In this document: positions 1 through 10,631 of the stretch, piece by piece | Numbering within the stretch: position 1 is the stretch's first letter | How the letters are laid out: each line of letters begins with the position of its first letter | Program-made: the position numbers and the translations under genes | Assembly (NCBI GenBank): GCA_049678585.1 | Contig: JBAUEL010000064.1 | Coordinates: 1 to 63,852 of the forward strand | DNA: 63,852 nt | From: Dehalococcoidia bacterium | GTDB taxonomy: Bacteria; Chloroflexota; Dehalococcoidia; DSTF01; CAZFGZ01 | Direction: 5' to 3' | Notes under the pieces: model-generated | Databases searched by the model: none | Told to the model about the DNA's origin: nothing | The model's input: only the letters and a program-made list of their open reading frames with translations

Positions 1-476
1 GGCCCGGCCGCATCGCCTCGTGGGCCGCCCAGGAGACAGCCGGGCCTGAAGCTGCTCCGGCGGCGGGCAAGCCGAGCCCTGCGCCGGAGGTCGCGACGGA
101 GCCGGTGGCCACCGCTGAAGGCGCCGACCCTGCCCTGGAGCAGGTCCGTGCCCGCTGGCACGAGATCTATGCTCAGGCCCGTACCCTTAACCACCGCACC
201 GGCGCGCTGCTCAACAGCGGCTGCGACATCATTGGGGTCAGCGATGAGGAGATCGTGTTCGGCTTTCGCTTCGACGTCCACGTCGACAAGGTCAACACGT
301 CCGAGAACCTCGCCGCCCTTCAGGAGGCGGTCGATGCGGTGCTGGGGCCGGGGCATCGGGTGCGCTGCGTGGCCGCGCCGAACCTTAAGGAGTGGCGGGC
401 CCCCCAGGGGCGCGGCGGCCACCTGATCCAGGCAGCCCGCGAGATGGGCGCGCGGGTCATCTCTGAGCAGGAGTAG
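1..476 (+). CDS. dnaX: DNA polymerase III subunit gamma/tau, C-terminal portion (5' end outside window)
   Basis: Frame 3 is open from the window edge. It shows a Pro/Ala-rich linker (PEAAPAAGKPSPAPEV) followed by a globular C-terminus (EIVFGFRFDVHVDK). It lies in the conserved dnaX-ybaB-recR arrangement, and the call rests mainly on that synteny. Confidence 0.55.
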   Translation, partial: PGRIASWAAQETAGPEAAPAAGKPSPAPEVATEPVATAEGADPALEQVRARWHEIYAQARTLNHRTGALLNSGCDIIGVSDEEIVFGFRFDVHVDKVNTSENLAALQEAVDAVLGPGHRVRCVAAPNLKEWRAPQGRGGHLIQAAREMGARVISEQE

Positions 477-487
477 GAGCGAAGAGC

Positions 488-799
488 ATGGGCATGAATC
501 GCCAGATGATGCGCCAGCTCCAGAAGATGCAGGAGCGCGTGCTCAAGGCCCAGGAGGATCTGCAGACGAGGAGCGTAGAGGGCACCGCCGGCGGCGGCGC
601 GGTCAGCGTGAGGCTCAGCGGCGGATTGAAGGTGGAGGCGTTGAAGATCGACCCGGAGGTGCTGGACCCGGACGACGTGGAGATGCTGGAGGACCTGGTC
701 ACCGCCGCCCTGAACGAGGCCCTAGAGAAGGTCCAGGCCCTCCAGGCAGAGCACATGGCGAGCGTGGCAGGCCGCCTGGGCCTGCCCGGCCTGCCCTAG
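488..799 (+). CDS. ybaB: YbaB/EbfC family nucleoid-associated protein
   Basis: 103 aa. N-terminal MRQLQKMQERVLKAQEDL helix followed by GGGAVSVRLSGGLKVEALKIDPEVLDPDD, typical of YbaB. Located between dnaX and recR. Confidence 0.9.
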   Translation: MGMNRQMMRQLQKMQERVLKAQEDLQTRSVEGTAGGGAVSVRLSGGLKVEALKIDPEVLDPDDVEMLEDLVTAALNEALEKVQALQAEHMASVAGRLGLPGLP

Positions 800-831
800 C
801 CCGGCCCCCTGCGGGCGCGAGGTCAAGCTTC

Positions 832-1443
832 TTGAACGAAGAGATCCCTTCCACGGCGGCGCCGGTGGCCCGGCTCATCGAGGAGTTCCACAAGCTCCCG
901 GGCATCGGCCCTAAGAGCGCCCAGCGCCTCACCTACTACCTCCTGCGCACCCCCAGAGAGGATGGCTTGGCCCTGGCCCAGGCCATCGCCGAGCTCCGGG
1001 ACCGCACCACTCTGTGCTCGACCTGCCAGAATGTCACCGAACATGACCCCTGCCCCATCTGTGCGGACCCCCGGCGCGACCGCTCCCTGATCTGCGTGGT
1101 GGAAGAGCCCCTGGATATCCTGGCCCTGGAGCGCACCCGGAGCTACCGCGGCCTCTACCACGTGCTACACGGGGTCATCTCGCCGGTGGACGGCGTGGGG
1201 CCGGAGGACCTGAAGATCGAGAATCTGCTGGCGCGGCTCCGCAACGGATCGGTGCGCGAGGTCATCATGGCCACCAACCCCAACCTGGAGGGCGAGGCCA
1301 CCGCCATGTACGTGAGTCGGCTGGTCACCCCTCTGGGGGTGAAGGTGACCCGCCTGGCCCGCGGCCTTCCTATGGGCGCCGACCTGGAGTATGCCGACGA
1401 CGTGACCCTCGCCCGGGCCCTGGAGAACCGCCAGGAGGTATGA
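832..1443 (+). CDS. recR: recombination protein RecR (TTG start)
   Basis: Helix-hairpin-helix LPGIGPKSAQRL, C4 zinc finger CSTCQNVTEHDPCPIC, and a Toprim segment VVEEPLDILALERT. Confidence 0.95.
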   Translation: MNEEIPSTAAPVARLIEEFHKLPGIGPKSAQRLTYYLLRTPREDGLALAQAIAELRDRTTLCSTCQNVTEHDPCPICADPRRDRSLICVVEEPLDILALERTRSYRGLYHVLHGVISPVDGVGPEDLKIENLLARLRNGSVREVIMATNPNLEGEATAMYVSRLVTPLGVKVTRLARGLPMGADLEYADDVTLARALENRQEV

Positions 1444-1465
1444 GGGGCTCCGGCCGCCCCGCGTC

Positions 1466-2275
1466 ATGCCCCAGCCCCCTCGCGTCTACAAGAGTCCTGC
1501 CATCGTCCTGCGGCAGCGCCGCCTGGGTGACGCGGATAAGATCGTCACCCTGTACACGGCCAACTACGGCAAGGTGGACGCGGTGGCCAAGGGGGTGCGC
1601 AGGACTCGCAGCAAGCTGGCCGGTCACGTAGAGCCGCTGAACCACGGCAGCTTCCTGCTGGCCCGAGGCCGCAACCTCGATATCATCACCCAGGCTCAGA
1701 CCATCGAGGCCTTCCAGCCGCTGCGGGACGAACTGGAGCGGCTCAGCCGTGGCTTCTACGTCGTCGAGCTGGTGGATCGCTTCACCGAGGAGCGAGAGGA
1801 GAACTTCCGTCTCTACCGCCTTCTCCTGGACACCCTGCGCCGGATGTCCCAGCGGGACGATCTGGACACGGTGCTCCGCTACTTCGAGGTCTCCCTGCTG
1901 GAGTTGCTGGGGTATCGGCCGGAGCTGGAGGAGTGCGTCTCCTGCCGGGCCCGGCTGGAACCGGTCACCAACTACTGGAGCGCCGGCGGGGGCGGGGTGC
2001 TCTGCCCGGGCTGTCTCCCTCCTGAGGAGCCGGTTCGGTCCCTCTCGGTCAACGCCCTCAAGGTGTTGCGCCTCATGCAGAGGGACAGCTTCTCCCAGGT
2101 GGCGCGGGTGAACGTGCCGCCGGACCTGGCGCGGGAGCTGGAGGGGCACCTCCGAGAGTACGTTCGCTACGTGCTGGAGCGAGATGTGCGCTCGGCGGCG
2201 TTCATCGACGCGGTGCGCAGGCAACCGAGGCCTCCGGTCCGGACCGCGACAGCCCCTGGCGAGGGCACTGGCTGA
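1466..2275 (+). CDS. recO: DNA repair protein RecO
   Basis: N-terminal OB-fold signature YKSPAIVLRQRRLGDADKIVTLYT and a Cys4 zinc motif CVSCRAR...LCPGC. Length 269 aa. Confidence 0.85.
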   Translation: MPQPPRVYKSPAIVLRQRRLGDADKIVTLYTANYGKVDAVAKGVRRTRSKLAGHVEPLNHGSFLLARGRNLDIITQAQTIEAFQPLRDELERLSRGFYVVELVDRFTEEREENFRLYRLLLDTLRRMSQRDDLDTVLRYFEVSLLELLGYRPELEECVSCRARLEPVTNYWSAGGGGVLCPGCLPPEEPVRSLSVNALKVLRLMQRDSFSQVARVNVPPDLARELEGHLREYVRYVLERDVRSAAFIDAVRRQPRPPVRTATAPGEGTG

Positions 2276-2332
2276 CGGTCTAGACTCCCGCTATAATGAG
2301 CCCGCAGTTCTGGATGAGGGAGAAGGCTCGAA

Positions 2333-2734
2333 ATGCCCGTGTACGAGTACTACTGCGAGAGCTGCGAAGGCATCTTCGAGGCGCTGCGGCCAATGCGGGA
2401 GGCCGCCGACCCGGTGCCCTGCCCGCTCTGCAACCGCGACGGGCGGCGCATCATGCCTACCTCCTTCATGGCCTTCACCTTTCGCGACGGCTACCCCCGG
2501 CGCATCCCCGACAAGGGCACCTACTGGCACCTCGGCAAGGAGGTGAAGCAGCCCGTCCGCGGGCCCACCCGCCCCCACGAGCACCCCGAGATCAACAAGC
2601 CCCGGCCTCCTCGCAAGAAGACCAAGGCGGAACTGGAACTGGAGAAGGAGAAGAAGAACCTGCGGGCCAAGCAGGAAAAGGAGCGGCGAGAGGCAGGGTT
2701 GCCTCGCATCGTGGGCCCCACTGATGACATCTGA
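2333..2734 (+). CDS. FmdB-family zinc-ribbon protein with Lys/Glu-rich tail
   Basis: MPVYEYYCESCEGIFEALRPM...PCPLC matches the CxxC_CxxC_SSSS type. A TATAAT box lies at 2292-2297 upstream. Confidence 0.8.
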   Translation: MPVYEYYCESCEGIFEALRPMREAADPVPCPLCNRDGRRIMPTSFMAFTFRDGYPRRIPDKGTYWHLGKEVKQPVRGPTRPHEHPEINKPRPPRKKTKAELELEKEKKNLRAKQEKERREAGLPRIVGPTDDI

Positions 2735-2757
2735 TTGGCGCACGTAGAAGGATATGG

Positions 2758-2786
2758 CAGGGTCGAAGCCGATGGCTTCGACCCTG
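2758..2786. terminator. perfect 13-bp stem hairpin between convergent genes
   Basis: cagggtcgaagcc-gat-ggcttcgaccctg, located between the FmdB stop (2734) and the polyprenyl synthase stop (2819). There is no clear U-tract on either strand. Confidence 0.4.
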
Positions 2787-2818
2787 CGGCGTCCTCTGGA
2801 GGGAGACGTTCGCTGGGG

Positions 2819-3787
2819 CTAGGCGCGGCGCTCCAGGACGTAGTCGGCGATGTCGCCCAGGGCGTGGCGGGCGGGGATATCGGGCAGCGGCTCCAGGGCA
2901 GCGCGGGCGCGCTGGGCGAAGTCCCTCGCCACCGCGTAGGACTCCTCAAGGATGTCCGAGTTCTGCACCATGAAGATGGCCTCGGCCAGATGCTTGCTGC
3001 AGCGGCGGTCGCGGAAAAGCTCCTTGATGGGATTGCTCTTAGGGCTGCGCTCCATAAGCAGCAGGGCGGGCAAGGTGAGGGTGCCCTGCATGAGGTCGCT
3101 GCCGATGGGCTTGCCCATCTCCTTCTCGTCTCCGCTGAAGTCCAGGATGTCATCCACGATCTGGAAGGCCATGCCCAGGTTATGGCCGTAGTCGTGCAGG
3201 GCTTTCACCCACTCGCGAGGGGCGCCCGCCAGCATGGCCCCGCCCTCGGAGGAGGCCGCGAAGAGGGATGCAGTCTTGCCGCCGATGCGCTCGAAGTAGC
3301 TCACGATGTCCTGGCCGTAGTCGTAGGCGCTGAGGTCCTGGGTCAGCTCGCCGCTCACCATGGCCATGAGGGTACGGGAGAACAGGCGCACCACCTCGGT
3401 GTTGTCGGTGCGGGCGACCAGGTCAGCAGCGTGGGCGAACATGAAGTCGCCCAGCATGACGGCGGCCTGGTTGTCGAACAGGGCGTTCGCGGTGGGGCGG
3501 CCCCGGCGGGTGCTGGAGCGGTCGATGACATCGTCATGCACCAGGCTAGCTGTGTGCAGTAGCTCGATGGAGGCGGCCAGGAATACCAGTGGCTCCGGCC
3601 GATAGTCCCCGAACTTGCCCGCCAGGAGGGCCATCAGCGGCCGCAGGCGCTTGCCTCCTCCCCCCAGGACGTGCTCGAGCATCTTCCTGAGCTCGGAGAA
3701 CTGCTCTGTCTGCCTGATGGCATCGAGGGTGCGCTCCACCTGCTCCAGGTCCTCTCGGACGGGCTCGTAGATGGAGGCCACGTTCAC
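2819..3787 (-). CDS. polyprenyl diphosphate synthase (hepta/octaprenyl type)
   Basis: First Asp-rich motif LVHDDVIDRSSTRRGRPT and second Asp-rich motif FQIVDDILD. GTG start overlaps the tatD stop by 4 nt. Confidence 0.9.
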   Translation of the reverse strand: MNVASIYEPVREDLEQVERTLDAIRQTEQFSELRKMLEHVLGGGGKRLRPLMALLAGKFGDYRPEPLVFLAASIELLHTASLVHDDVIDRSSTRRGRPTANALFDNQAAVMLGDFMFAHAADLVARTDNTEVVRLFSRTLMAMVSGELTQDLSAYDYGQDIVSYFERIGGKTASLFAASSEGGAMLAGAPREWVKALHDYGHNLGMAFQIVDDILDFSGDEKEMGKPIGSDLMQGTLTLPALLLMERSPKSNPIKELFRDRRCSKHLAEAIFMVQNSDILEESYAVARDFAQRARAALEPLPDIPARHALGDIADYVLERRA

Positions 3788-4641
3788 GGCGCACCTCGTC
3801 TTGCGCCCACCCGGGAGGCAGGTGGCGCCGCGGCTCGCTCCGGGCGGGCCAGGCCGAACAGGCGCACGGCGTTCTCCCGGGTATGCAAGGCTACATCCTC
3901 GTACCTGGTCCCCCGGAGCTCGGCGATGACGGCCACGGCCTCAGCGAGGTAAGCCGGCTCATTGCGCTGGCCACGACGGGAGCGGGGCGCGCCATAGGGG
4001 CTGTCCGTCTCCACCACCAGATGCTCCAGGGGCAGTTTCGCGGCCACCTTTCGCACGCGTTCTGACTCGGGATAGGTCACGGAGTCGTGGACGGAGACGA
4101 GGAAGCCCAGCTCAGCATAACGGAGGGCCAGTGCCAGGTCGCCGCTGAAGTAGTGCATGACGCCCAGGGGCCTGCCGCCGGGCAGGGTTGCCCCCAGGCT
4201 GCGGGACCATTCCTCGATGATGGGGAGCATCTCCCGCTGGGCCTCCCGGCAGTGGATGACCACGGGCAGGCCAGCCTCGGAGGCGGTAGCGAGCTGGTAA
4301 CGGAGCACGCGGAGCTGAGCCTCCCGAGGTGAGAGGTTACGATAGAAGTCCAGCCCGATCTCCCCCACCGCCACCACTCGGGGGTGACGGGCCAGGTCGG
4401 CCAGGTCGGCCAGGACTCGGTCGTTGGCACGTCGCGCGTCATGGGGGTGGCAGCCCACAGCGGCGTAGAGGCGAGGGTCCGCCTCGGCCATGACAACGGC
4501 CCGCTCGCTGCTGGCCAGGTCGACGCCCGGCACCATCACGGCCTCGAGGCCCGCCTCCCAGGCCCGACGCAGCACGGCTTCGCGGTCGCTGTCGAACTGC
4601 GAGAGCTGGAGGTGGGCATGCGTGTCGATGATGCCTGTCAT
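3784..4641 (-). CDS. tatD: TatD family metal-dependent hydrolase
   Basis: N-terminal IDTHAHL motif and TIM-barrel hydrolase pattern (VGEIGLDF, VVIHCREA, ETDSPY). 4-nt overlaps with both neighbours. Confidence 0.9.
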   Translation of the reverse strand: MTGIIDTHAHLQLSQFDSDREAVLRRAWEAGLEAVMVPGVDLASSERAVVMAEADPRLYAAVGCHPHDARRANDRVLADLADLARHPRVVAVGEIGLDFYRNLSPREAQLRVLRYQLATASEAGLPVVIHCREAQREMLPIIEEWSRSLGATLPGGRPLGVMHYFSGDLALALRYAELGFLVSVHDSVTYPESERVRKVAAKLPLEHLVVETDSPYGAPRSRRGQRNEPAYLAEAVAVIAELRGTRYEDVALHTRENAVRLFGLARPERAAAPPASRVGARRGAP

Positions 4642-6338
4642 ACGCCGAGCCGGGCCTCCTCCTCCTCAACGATGGTGGGTTCCAGCTTCTTAAACAGGGG
4701 AGCAGGTTCCCTCAGGGGCTGGCCGGGCTGAGGGCGCACGAAGGTCCACCCGGCCTCTGCCACCCCGGTCTCGTAGCCCAGTAAGGCATGCAGCCGCTCG
4801 GAGCTGAAGGGAATGTAGGGGTACAGGGCCACCTTGAGGCCGTTGATGACGGCGATGACCGTATACAGGGTGGCTGCTGCTCCCTCGCGATCCTCTCTTA
4901 TGGCCCTCCAGGGCGCCCTCTCGTCCAGGTAGCGGTTGGCCTCCTGGGCCAAGGCCATGGCCGTAGATAGCCCTGCCCGAAAGCGGCAGGCTGCGATGTG
5001 CTCGCCGGTCTCCGCCAGGGTGCTCTCGACCTGAGCCAGGAGGGCGCGGCCGCGCTCGCCGGGGTCGCCGGGCTCGGGCACGCGCCCCTCGAAGTGGCGA
5101 TAAGTGAAGGTGAGGACCCGGTGCACCAGATTGCCCCAGGTGGCCACCAGTTCATCGTTATTGCGCCGGAGGAAGTCGGCCCAGGTGAAATCTGAGTCGG
5201 AGCTTTCGGGCATGTTGGCGGACAGGTAGTAGCGGATGGCGTCAGGGTCGTAGCGGGCCAGGAAGTCGGACATCCACACGGCGATGCCGCGGCTGGTGGA
5301 GGCCTTGCTCCCCTTGACCATGAGGTACTGCGTGGCCGGCACCTCGTAGGGCAGGTTCAGGTGGCCGTAGCCCATGAGCATGGCCGGCCAGATGATGGTG
5401 TGGAAGGGGATGTTGTCCTTCCCCAGAAAGTAGTAGCTGCGGCAGTCGGGGTCCTCCCAGAAATCGCGCCAGACCTCCGGGTCGCCCTGGCGCTGAGCCC
5501 ACTCTTTGCTCGCGGAGAGGTAGCCGATGACCGCCTCGAACCAGACGTAGATGCGCTTGCCCTCGAAGCCCGCCACGGGCACGGTGACCCCCCACTCGAT
5601 GTCGCGGGTGATGGCGCGATCGCGCAGCCCCTCGTTGAGCATGCCCAGCGTGAAGTTGAGGACGTGCTTGCGCCAGTGGGTCTTGGGTGCAGCCCACTCC
5701 CGGAGACGCTCCGCGAAGGCGCTTAGGCGCAGCAAATAGTGCTCGGAGTCTCGGATCTCCGGATGGGTGCCACAGAAGATGCAACGGGCCTCGCCCAGGT
5801 CTGTGGGGTCCAGGGTCTTGCCACAGGCATCGCACTGGTCGCCGCGGGCGCGGTCGTATCCACATTGGGGGCAGATCCCCTCGACGTAGCGATCCAGCAG
5901 AAAGCGCTGGTCGGTGGGACAGTAAGGGAGAGACATGGAGTCCTTATAGATGTGTTCGCGCTCCAGCAGGCGCAGGAAGATGTCGTGGGTGACCCCGGCG
6001 TGGTTCTCGGTGCCGGTGGTGGTGTACAGGTCCCAGGTGATCCCCAGCCCCTCCCAGATGTCGAGGAACTCCTGATGGAACTGATTCACCAGCTCCTGCG
6101 GCGAGCGCCCCTCCTGCTCGGCGCGCACGGTAATGGGCGTGCCGTGCTGGTCGCTTCCCGACACCATGAGGACGCGGTCTCCCTTCGCCCGGTGATATCG
6201 CGCGAGGATATCCGCGGGGAGCTGCGAGCTCACGATCTGCCCCGTATGAAGGGACCCGTTGGCATAGGGCCAGGCGACCCCGATGAAGATCTTATCAGTC
6301 ACTATCCCGCTCCAGGCGAAGCGGAGCCATTCTACCAT
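4638..6338 (-). CDS. metG: methionine--tRNA ligase (short form, no C-terminal tRNA-binding domain)
   Basis: PYANGSLHTGQ (HIGH-type), zinc knuckles CPQCGYDRARGDQCDACG, KASTSRG (KMSKS-type). An alternative GTG start at 6302 is possible. Confidence 0.95.
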   Translation of the reverse strand: MVEWLRFAWSGIVTDKIFIGVAWPYANGSLHTGQIVSSQLPADILARYHRAKGDRVLMVSGSDQHGTPITVRAEQEGRSPQELVNQFHQEFLDIWEGLGITWDLYTTTGTENHAGVTHDIFLRLLEREHIYKDSMSLPYCPTDQRFLLDRYVEGICPQCGYDRARGDQCDACGKTLDPTDLGEARCIFCGTHPEIRDSEHYLLRLSAFAERLREWAAPKTHWRKHVLNFTLGMLNEGLRDRAITRDIEWGVTVPVAGFEGKRIYVWFEAVIGYLSASKEWAQRQGDPEVWRDFWEDPDCRSYYFLGKDNIPFHTIIWPAMLMGYGHLNLPYEVPATQYLMVKGSKASTSRGIAVWMSDFLARYDPDAIRYYLSANMPESSDSDFTWADFLRRNNDELVATWGNLVHRVLTFTYRHFEGRVPEPGDPGERGRALLAQVESTLAETGEHIAACRFRAGLSTAMALAQEANRYLDERAPWRAIREDREGAAATLYTVIAVINGLKVALYPYIPFSSERLHALLGYETGVAEAGWTFVRPQPGQPLREPAPLFKKLEPTIVEEEEARLGV

Positions 6339-6362
6339 AGCCCACTGCAGTGAGATAGCGAG

Positions 6363-7178
6363 TCAGCGCAGCCGGAGCCACCGTCGATACAGCTCGCGCC
6401 GGGAAAGGCCGTACCGTTTGGCGAGTTCGCCGGTGGCCTGCTGAGCGCGGACGCCCTGCGCCTTAAGGGCTCGCATCTCCGCGTCTACCTCTGGCAGGGT
6501 CGGCTTCCTGGCCGCCTCGCCGGCGCCCTCGATGACCAGGGTGAACTCGCCGCGCGGCTCGCCGAAGTGAGCCAGGGCCTCCTCTACCAAGCCCCGGAAG
6601 ATCTCTTCATAGGCCTTGGTGAGCTCGCGACAGATGGTTATGCGGCGGTTGCCCAGCTCGGCGGCGATGTCCTGGAGGGCTCCGCGCAGGCGGTGTGGCG
6701 ACTCGAAGGCGAGCAGTGTGTCAGGGAAGTCAGCCACGGCGTGGAGGAGGCGACGCCGCTGCCCGCCCTGGCGGGGCAGGAAGCCCAGGTAGTGGAAACG
6801 ACGCGTGGGAAGGCCGGAGACGGCCATCGCTGCCGTCAACACCGAGGGACCCGGCACAGGCGTCACCGAGAAGCCCGCCTCGCAGGCGGCCACCACCAGG
6901 TGGTAGCCGGGGTCGCTGATGGCGGGAGTGCCCGCCTCGGAGACCAGGGCGACATCGCCCCGGGCCAGCGTCGCCAGGATCTGTGGGGTGCGCTGTCGCC
7001 TGTTGCGGTCGGTGTAGCTGAGGAGAGGAGTGTGGATGTCGTAGCGGGAAAGCAGCTTGCGGGTGGTGCGGGTATCCTCGGCAGCGATGAGGGAGACCTC
7101 GCGGAGGACCCGCAGGGCCCGCAGGGTCACGTCCTCCAGGTTTCCGATGGGGGTGGCTACCAGGTAGAGGATACCCAT
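6363..7178 (-). CDS. rsmI: 16S rRNA (cytidine1402-2'-O)-methyltransferase
   Basis: LYLVATPIGNLEDVTLRALRVLREVSLIAAEDTR is a tetrapyrrole-methylase-fold RsmI signature. Confidence 0.9.
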   Translation of the reverse strand: MGILYLVATPIGNLEDVTLRALRVLREVSLIAAEDTRTTRKLLSRYDIHTPLLSYTDRNRRQRTPQILATLARGDVALVSEAGTPAISDPGYHLVVAACEAGFSVTPVPGPSVLTAAMAVSGLPTRRFHYLGFLPRQGGQRRRLLHAVADFPDTLLAFESPHRLRGALQDIAAELGNRRITICRELTKAYEEIFRGLVEEALAHFGEPRGEFTLVIEGAGEAARKPTLPEVDAEMRALKAQGVRAQQATGELAKRYGLSRRELYRRWLRLR

Positions 7179-7278
7179 GGGTCTCTCACTATCCCGAACA
7201 CAAGCATTGTAACCGGAAAGAAAACCGTGATGCGCATAAGTTCCTTACCCAAAACTGCCTTTTCAGCGCTCAAGGGCA

Positions 7279-7307
7279 TTGACTGTTGCCGGTCGCTTTG
7301 CTATAGT
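7279..7307 (+). promoter_or_regulatory. sigma-70-like promoter (TTGACT-17-TATAGT)
   Basis: ttgact at 7279-7284, 17-nt spacer, tatagt at 7302-7307. It lies about 150 nt upstream of the GuaB3-like start. Confidence 0.5.
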
Positions 7308-7461
7308 GCCGGAAACCTCATCCCCTGGTTGGTTTACCACACAATCACTGGGATACGGAGCCATGGGCTAGGATTGCTGGCAGGAGACCTCCGCCAGCCT
7401 CGATCCGCCTAATCGCCGAGGGGCTGCGGACGGGGACCGCGGGCAGCGAAGGAGGTATGGC

Positions 7462-8616
7462 ATGGCCACTCCGCAGTTCAAGCAGATGCGCCGGGCATAC
7501 GGCTTCGATGAAGTAGCCATTGTGCCCGGCGCTGTGACTGTCAACCCGGAGATGACTGATGTCACCTTCCGCCTGGGCGAGTTGGAGTTCCCGATTCCCA
7601 TCATGGCGGCGGCCATGGACGCGGTGGTCGACCCGCGCCTCGCGGTGACCTTCGCCAAGATGGGCGGCCTGGCTGTCCTCAACCTGGAGGGCTTGCAAAC
7701 CCGCCACGACTACCCCGAGCCCATCCTGGAGGAGATCGCCTCGGCACCCAGGGAGAAGGTGACCGCCCTCCTCCAAAAGGTGTACTCGGAGCCTATTCGT
7801 CCCGAGCTCATCGGCCAGCGCATCCGCGAGGTGAAGAGCACCGGCACAGTGTGTGCCGCCTCCCTTACCCCCGCCAACACCAAGCGGCTGGCACCGCTGG
7901 CGGTGGAGGGGGGGGTCGACGTGCTCGTAGTGCAGTCTACCGTCACCACCACCCGCCACATCTCCTACAGCGAGCGCGGTCTCGTCTTCCCGGAGCTGGT
8001 AGAGAAGGTGGCGCCGGTGCCCGTGGTGGTGGGTAACGTGGTCAGCTACGGTCCCTGCAAGCAGCTCATGGAGACGGGTGTGGCGGCAGTGCTGGTGGGT
8101 GCGGGCCCCGGCGCTGCCTGCACCTCGCGGGAGGTGCTGGGCATAGGCGTGCCCCAAGTGAGCGCCACCATCGAGTGCGCGGCCGCCCGCGACCAGTACT
8201 ATCGCGAGGGCGGCCGCTACGTCCCTATCATCACCGACGGGGGCATCCGCAGCGGCGGCGACGTGTGCAAGTCCATCGCTGCCGGGGCCGACGCGGTGAT
8301 GCTGGGCTCGATCCTGGCCGGGTGCGAGGAGGCGCCCGGGCGCGGACATCACTGGGGCATGTCCACATTCCATACCCAGCTTCCTCGGGGCATCCGCGTG
8401 ACCGTTGGGGTTAACACGAATCTGCGCAGGACACTGTTCGGCCCTACCTCTCGGACCGATGGCACCGAGAACCTGGTGGGTGCCCTGCACACCGCTATGG
8501 GCATGTGCGGCGCCCGAACCATCCGCGAGTTCCAGCAGGCGGAGCTGGTCATCGCGCCAGCCATCAAGACAGAGGGCAAGCAGATCCAGATCGCCGAGAA
8601 CAACTACTTCCATTAG
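7462..8616 (+). CDS. GuaB3-family IMP dehydrogenase-related protein (no CBS pair)
   Basis: [11 protein letters not shown]...[14 protein letters not shown]...[11 protein letters not shown] and [20 protein letters not shown], consistent with an IMPDH TIM barrel. Length 384 aa. Confidence 0.85.
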   Translation: MATPQFKQMRRAYGFDEVAIVPGAVTVNPEMTDVTFRLGELEFPIPIMAAAMDAVVDPRLAVTFAKMGGLAVLNLEGLQTRHDYPEPILEEIASAPREKVTALLQKVYSEPIRPELIGQRIREVKSTGTVCAASLTPANTKRLAPLAVEGGVDVLVVQSTVTTTRHISYSERGLVFPELVEKVAPVPVVVGNVVSYGPCKQLMETGVAAVLVGAGPGAACTSREVLGIGVPQVSATIECAAARDQYYREGGRYVPIITDGGIRSGGDVCKSIAAGADAVMLGSILAGCEEAPGRGHHWGMSTFHTQLPRGIRVTVGVNTNLRRTLFGPTSRTDGTENLVGALHTAMGMCGARTIREFQQAELVIAPAIKTEGKQIQIAENNYFH

Positions 8617-8627
8617 GCGCCAAGCCC

Positions 8628-9481
8628 TCAGCCCACCCTCACCAGCAACAGGCGGTCAAGGCCCGCCAGGTCCTGCTTGATCTCGATGCGCCCGCCCGGG
8701 AAGGATGCCGCGGCCACCTCCCCAAGGCGGGCCGCCTGATCGTCGCCGATCTCCGCCAGGAGCCAGCCCGGGAGGCGCAGGTAGGAGGGCGCCTGCCGAA
8801 GCAGTCGCTCCAGTACGGCCGTACCCTCAGGGCCGCCGTCGAGGGCCTGACGCGGCTCGTGGTCGCGGATCTCCAGCGGGAGGGCCTTCCAATCGCCCGA
8901 GCGGACGTAGGGGAGGTCCGCGACGATGAGGTCCACCGGGGCGATGAGAGGAGAGAGCAGGTCGCCCTGCACGAAGGAGATGCGCTGGGCGACGTCGTGG
9001 CGTGCGGCGTTGCGACGGGCCAGGGCTAGCGCCTCGGCTGAGACATCGATGGCCGTGATCCGAGCCGAAGGCAGGTTCACCGCCAGGGCTACGGCGATGG
9101 CCCCGTTGCCCGTCCCCACGTCCACGATCTCCCACGTCTCTTGCCCCTTGACCCCCGACCCTGCAATGCGCAGCGCTTCTTCCACCAGCAGCTCCGTCTC
9201 GGGCCGGGGGACGAGCGCGGCGGGGGTGCACTCCAGCTCCAGGCCGTAGAACTCGCGGCGGCCCAGGATGTAGGCGGTCGGCTCGCGAGCCAGGCGGCGC
9301 TCGAGGAGGGCCTGGTAGGCGGCCTCCTGGTCAAGGGCGATGGGCTCGTGGAGGCGGGCGAAGAGGGCGTGGCGGTCGAGGCCGAGGGCGTGGCGCAGAA
9401 GCACCTCCGCCTCCAGCCAGGAGTCCTCGATGCCCTCGGCGCGGAGGAGTTCCTCAGCCCGGTGCAGGGCCTGGGCGAGGG

Positions 9482-9485
<4 letters not shown>
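8628..9485 (-). CDS. prmC: peptide chain release factor N5-glutamine methyltransferase (HemK/PrmC)
   Basis: SAM motif VDVGTGNGAIAVALA. 4-nt overlap with prfA. Motif IV reads DLPY rather than NPPY (see findings). Confidence 0.85.
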
Positions 9486-10552
<1,067 letters not shown>

Positions 10553-10631
10553 CTTCCGTCAACCCAAACAAACCGGAACCCCCGCGCCCGGGGGTTCAGG
10601 AGGCTCCGCTGCCTGCATTATAGCACAGATG

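Noticed and set aside
4384-4412. A 9-bp tandem repeat, gccaggtcg x2.7.
   Set aside because: It lies inside tatD and simply encodes LADLADLAR. There is no evidence of variability or function.
7308-7461. A possible purine-related riboswitch (ZTP, guanine or ykkC-type) in the 150-nt leader of the GuaB3-like gene.
   Set aside because: Only a generic hairpin (gctggcaggag...ctccgccagc) is present. None of the conserved cores of those classes could be matched by eye. A cmscan would be needed to revisit this.
7345-8613. A 422-aa minus-strand ORF covering the whole GuaB3-like gene. Similar long antisense ORFs exist, for example 1370..2224(-), 12816..14012(+), 20594..22207(-), 40569..42623(+), 46366..47976(+), 58124..59137(-), 59477..60886(-) and 31305..32303(+).
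   Set aside because: They lie opposite genes with clear family motifs. Their translations are Arg/Ala/Gly/Pro/His-rich low-complexity strings without motifs. These are typical shadow ORFs of high-G+C DNA.
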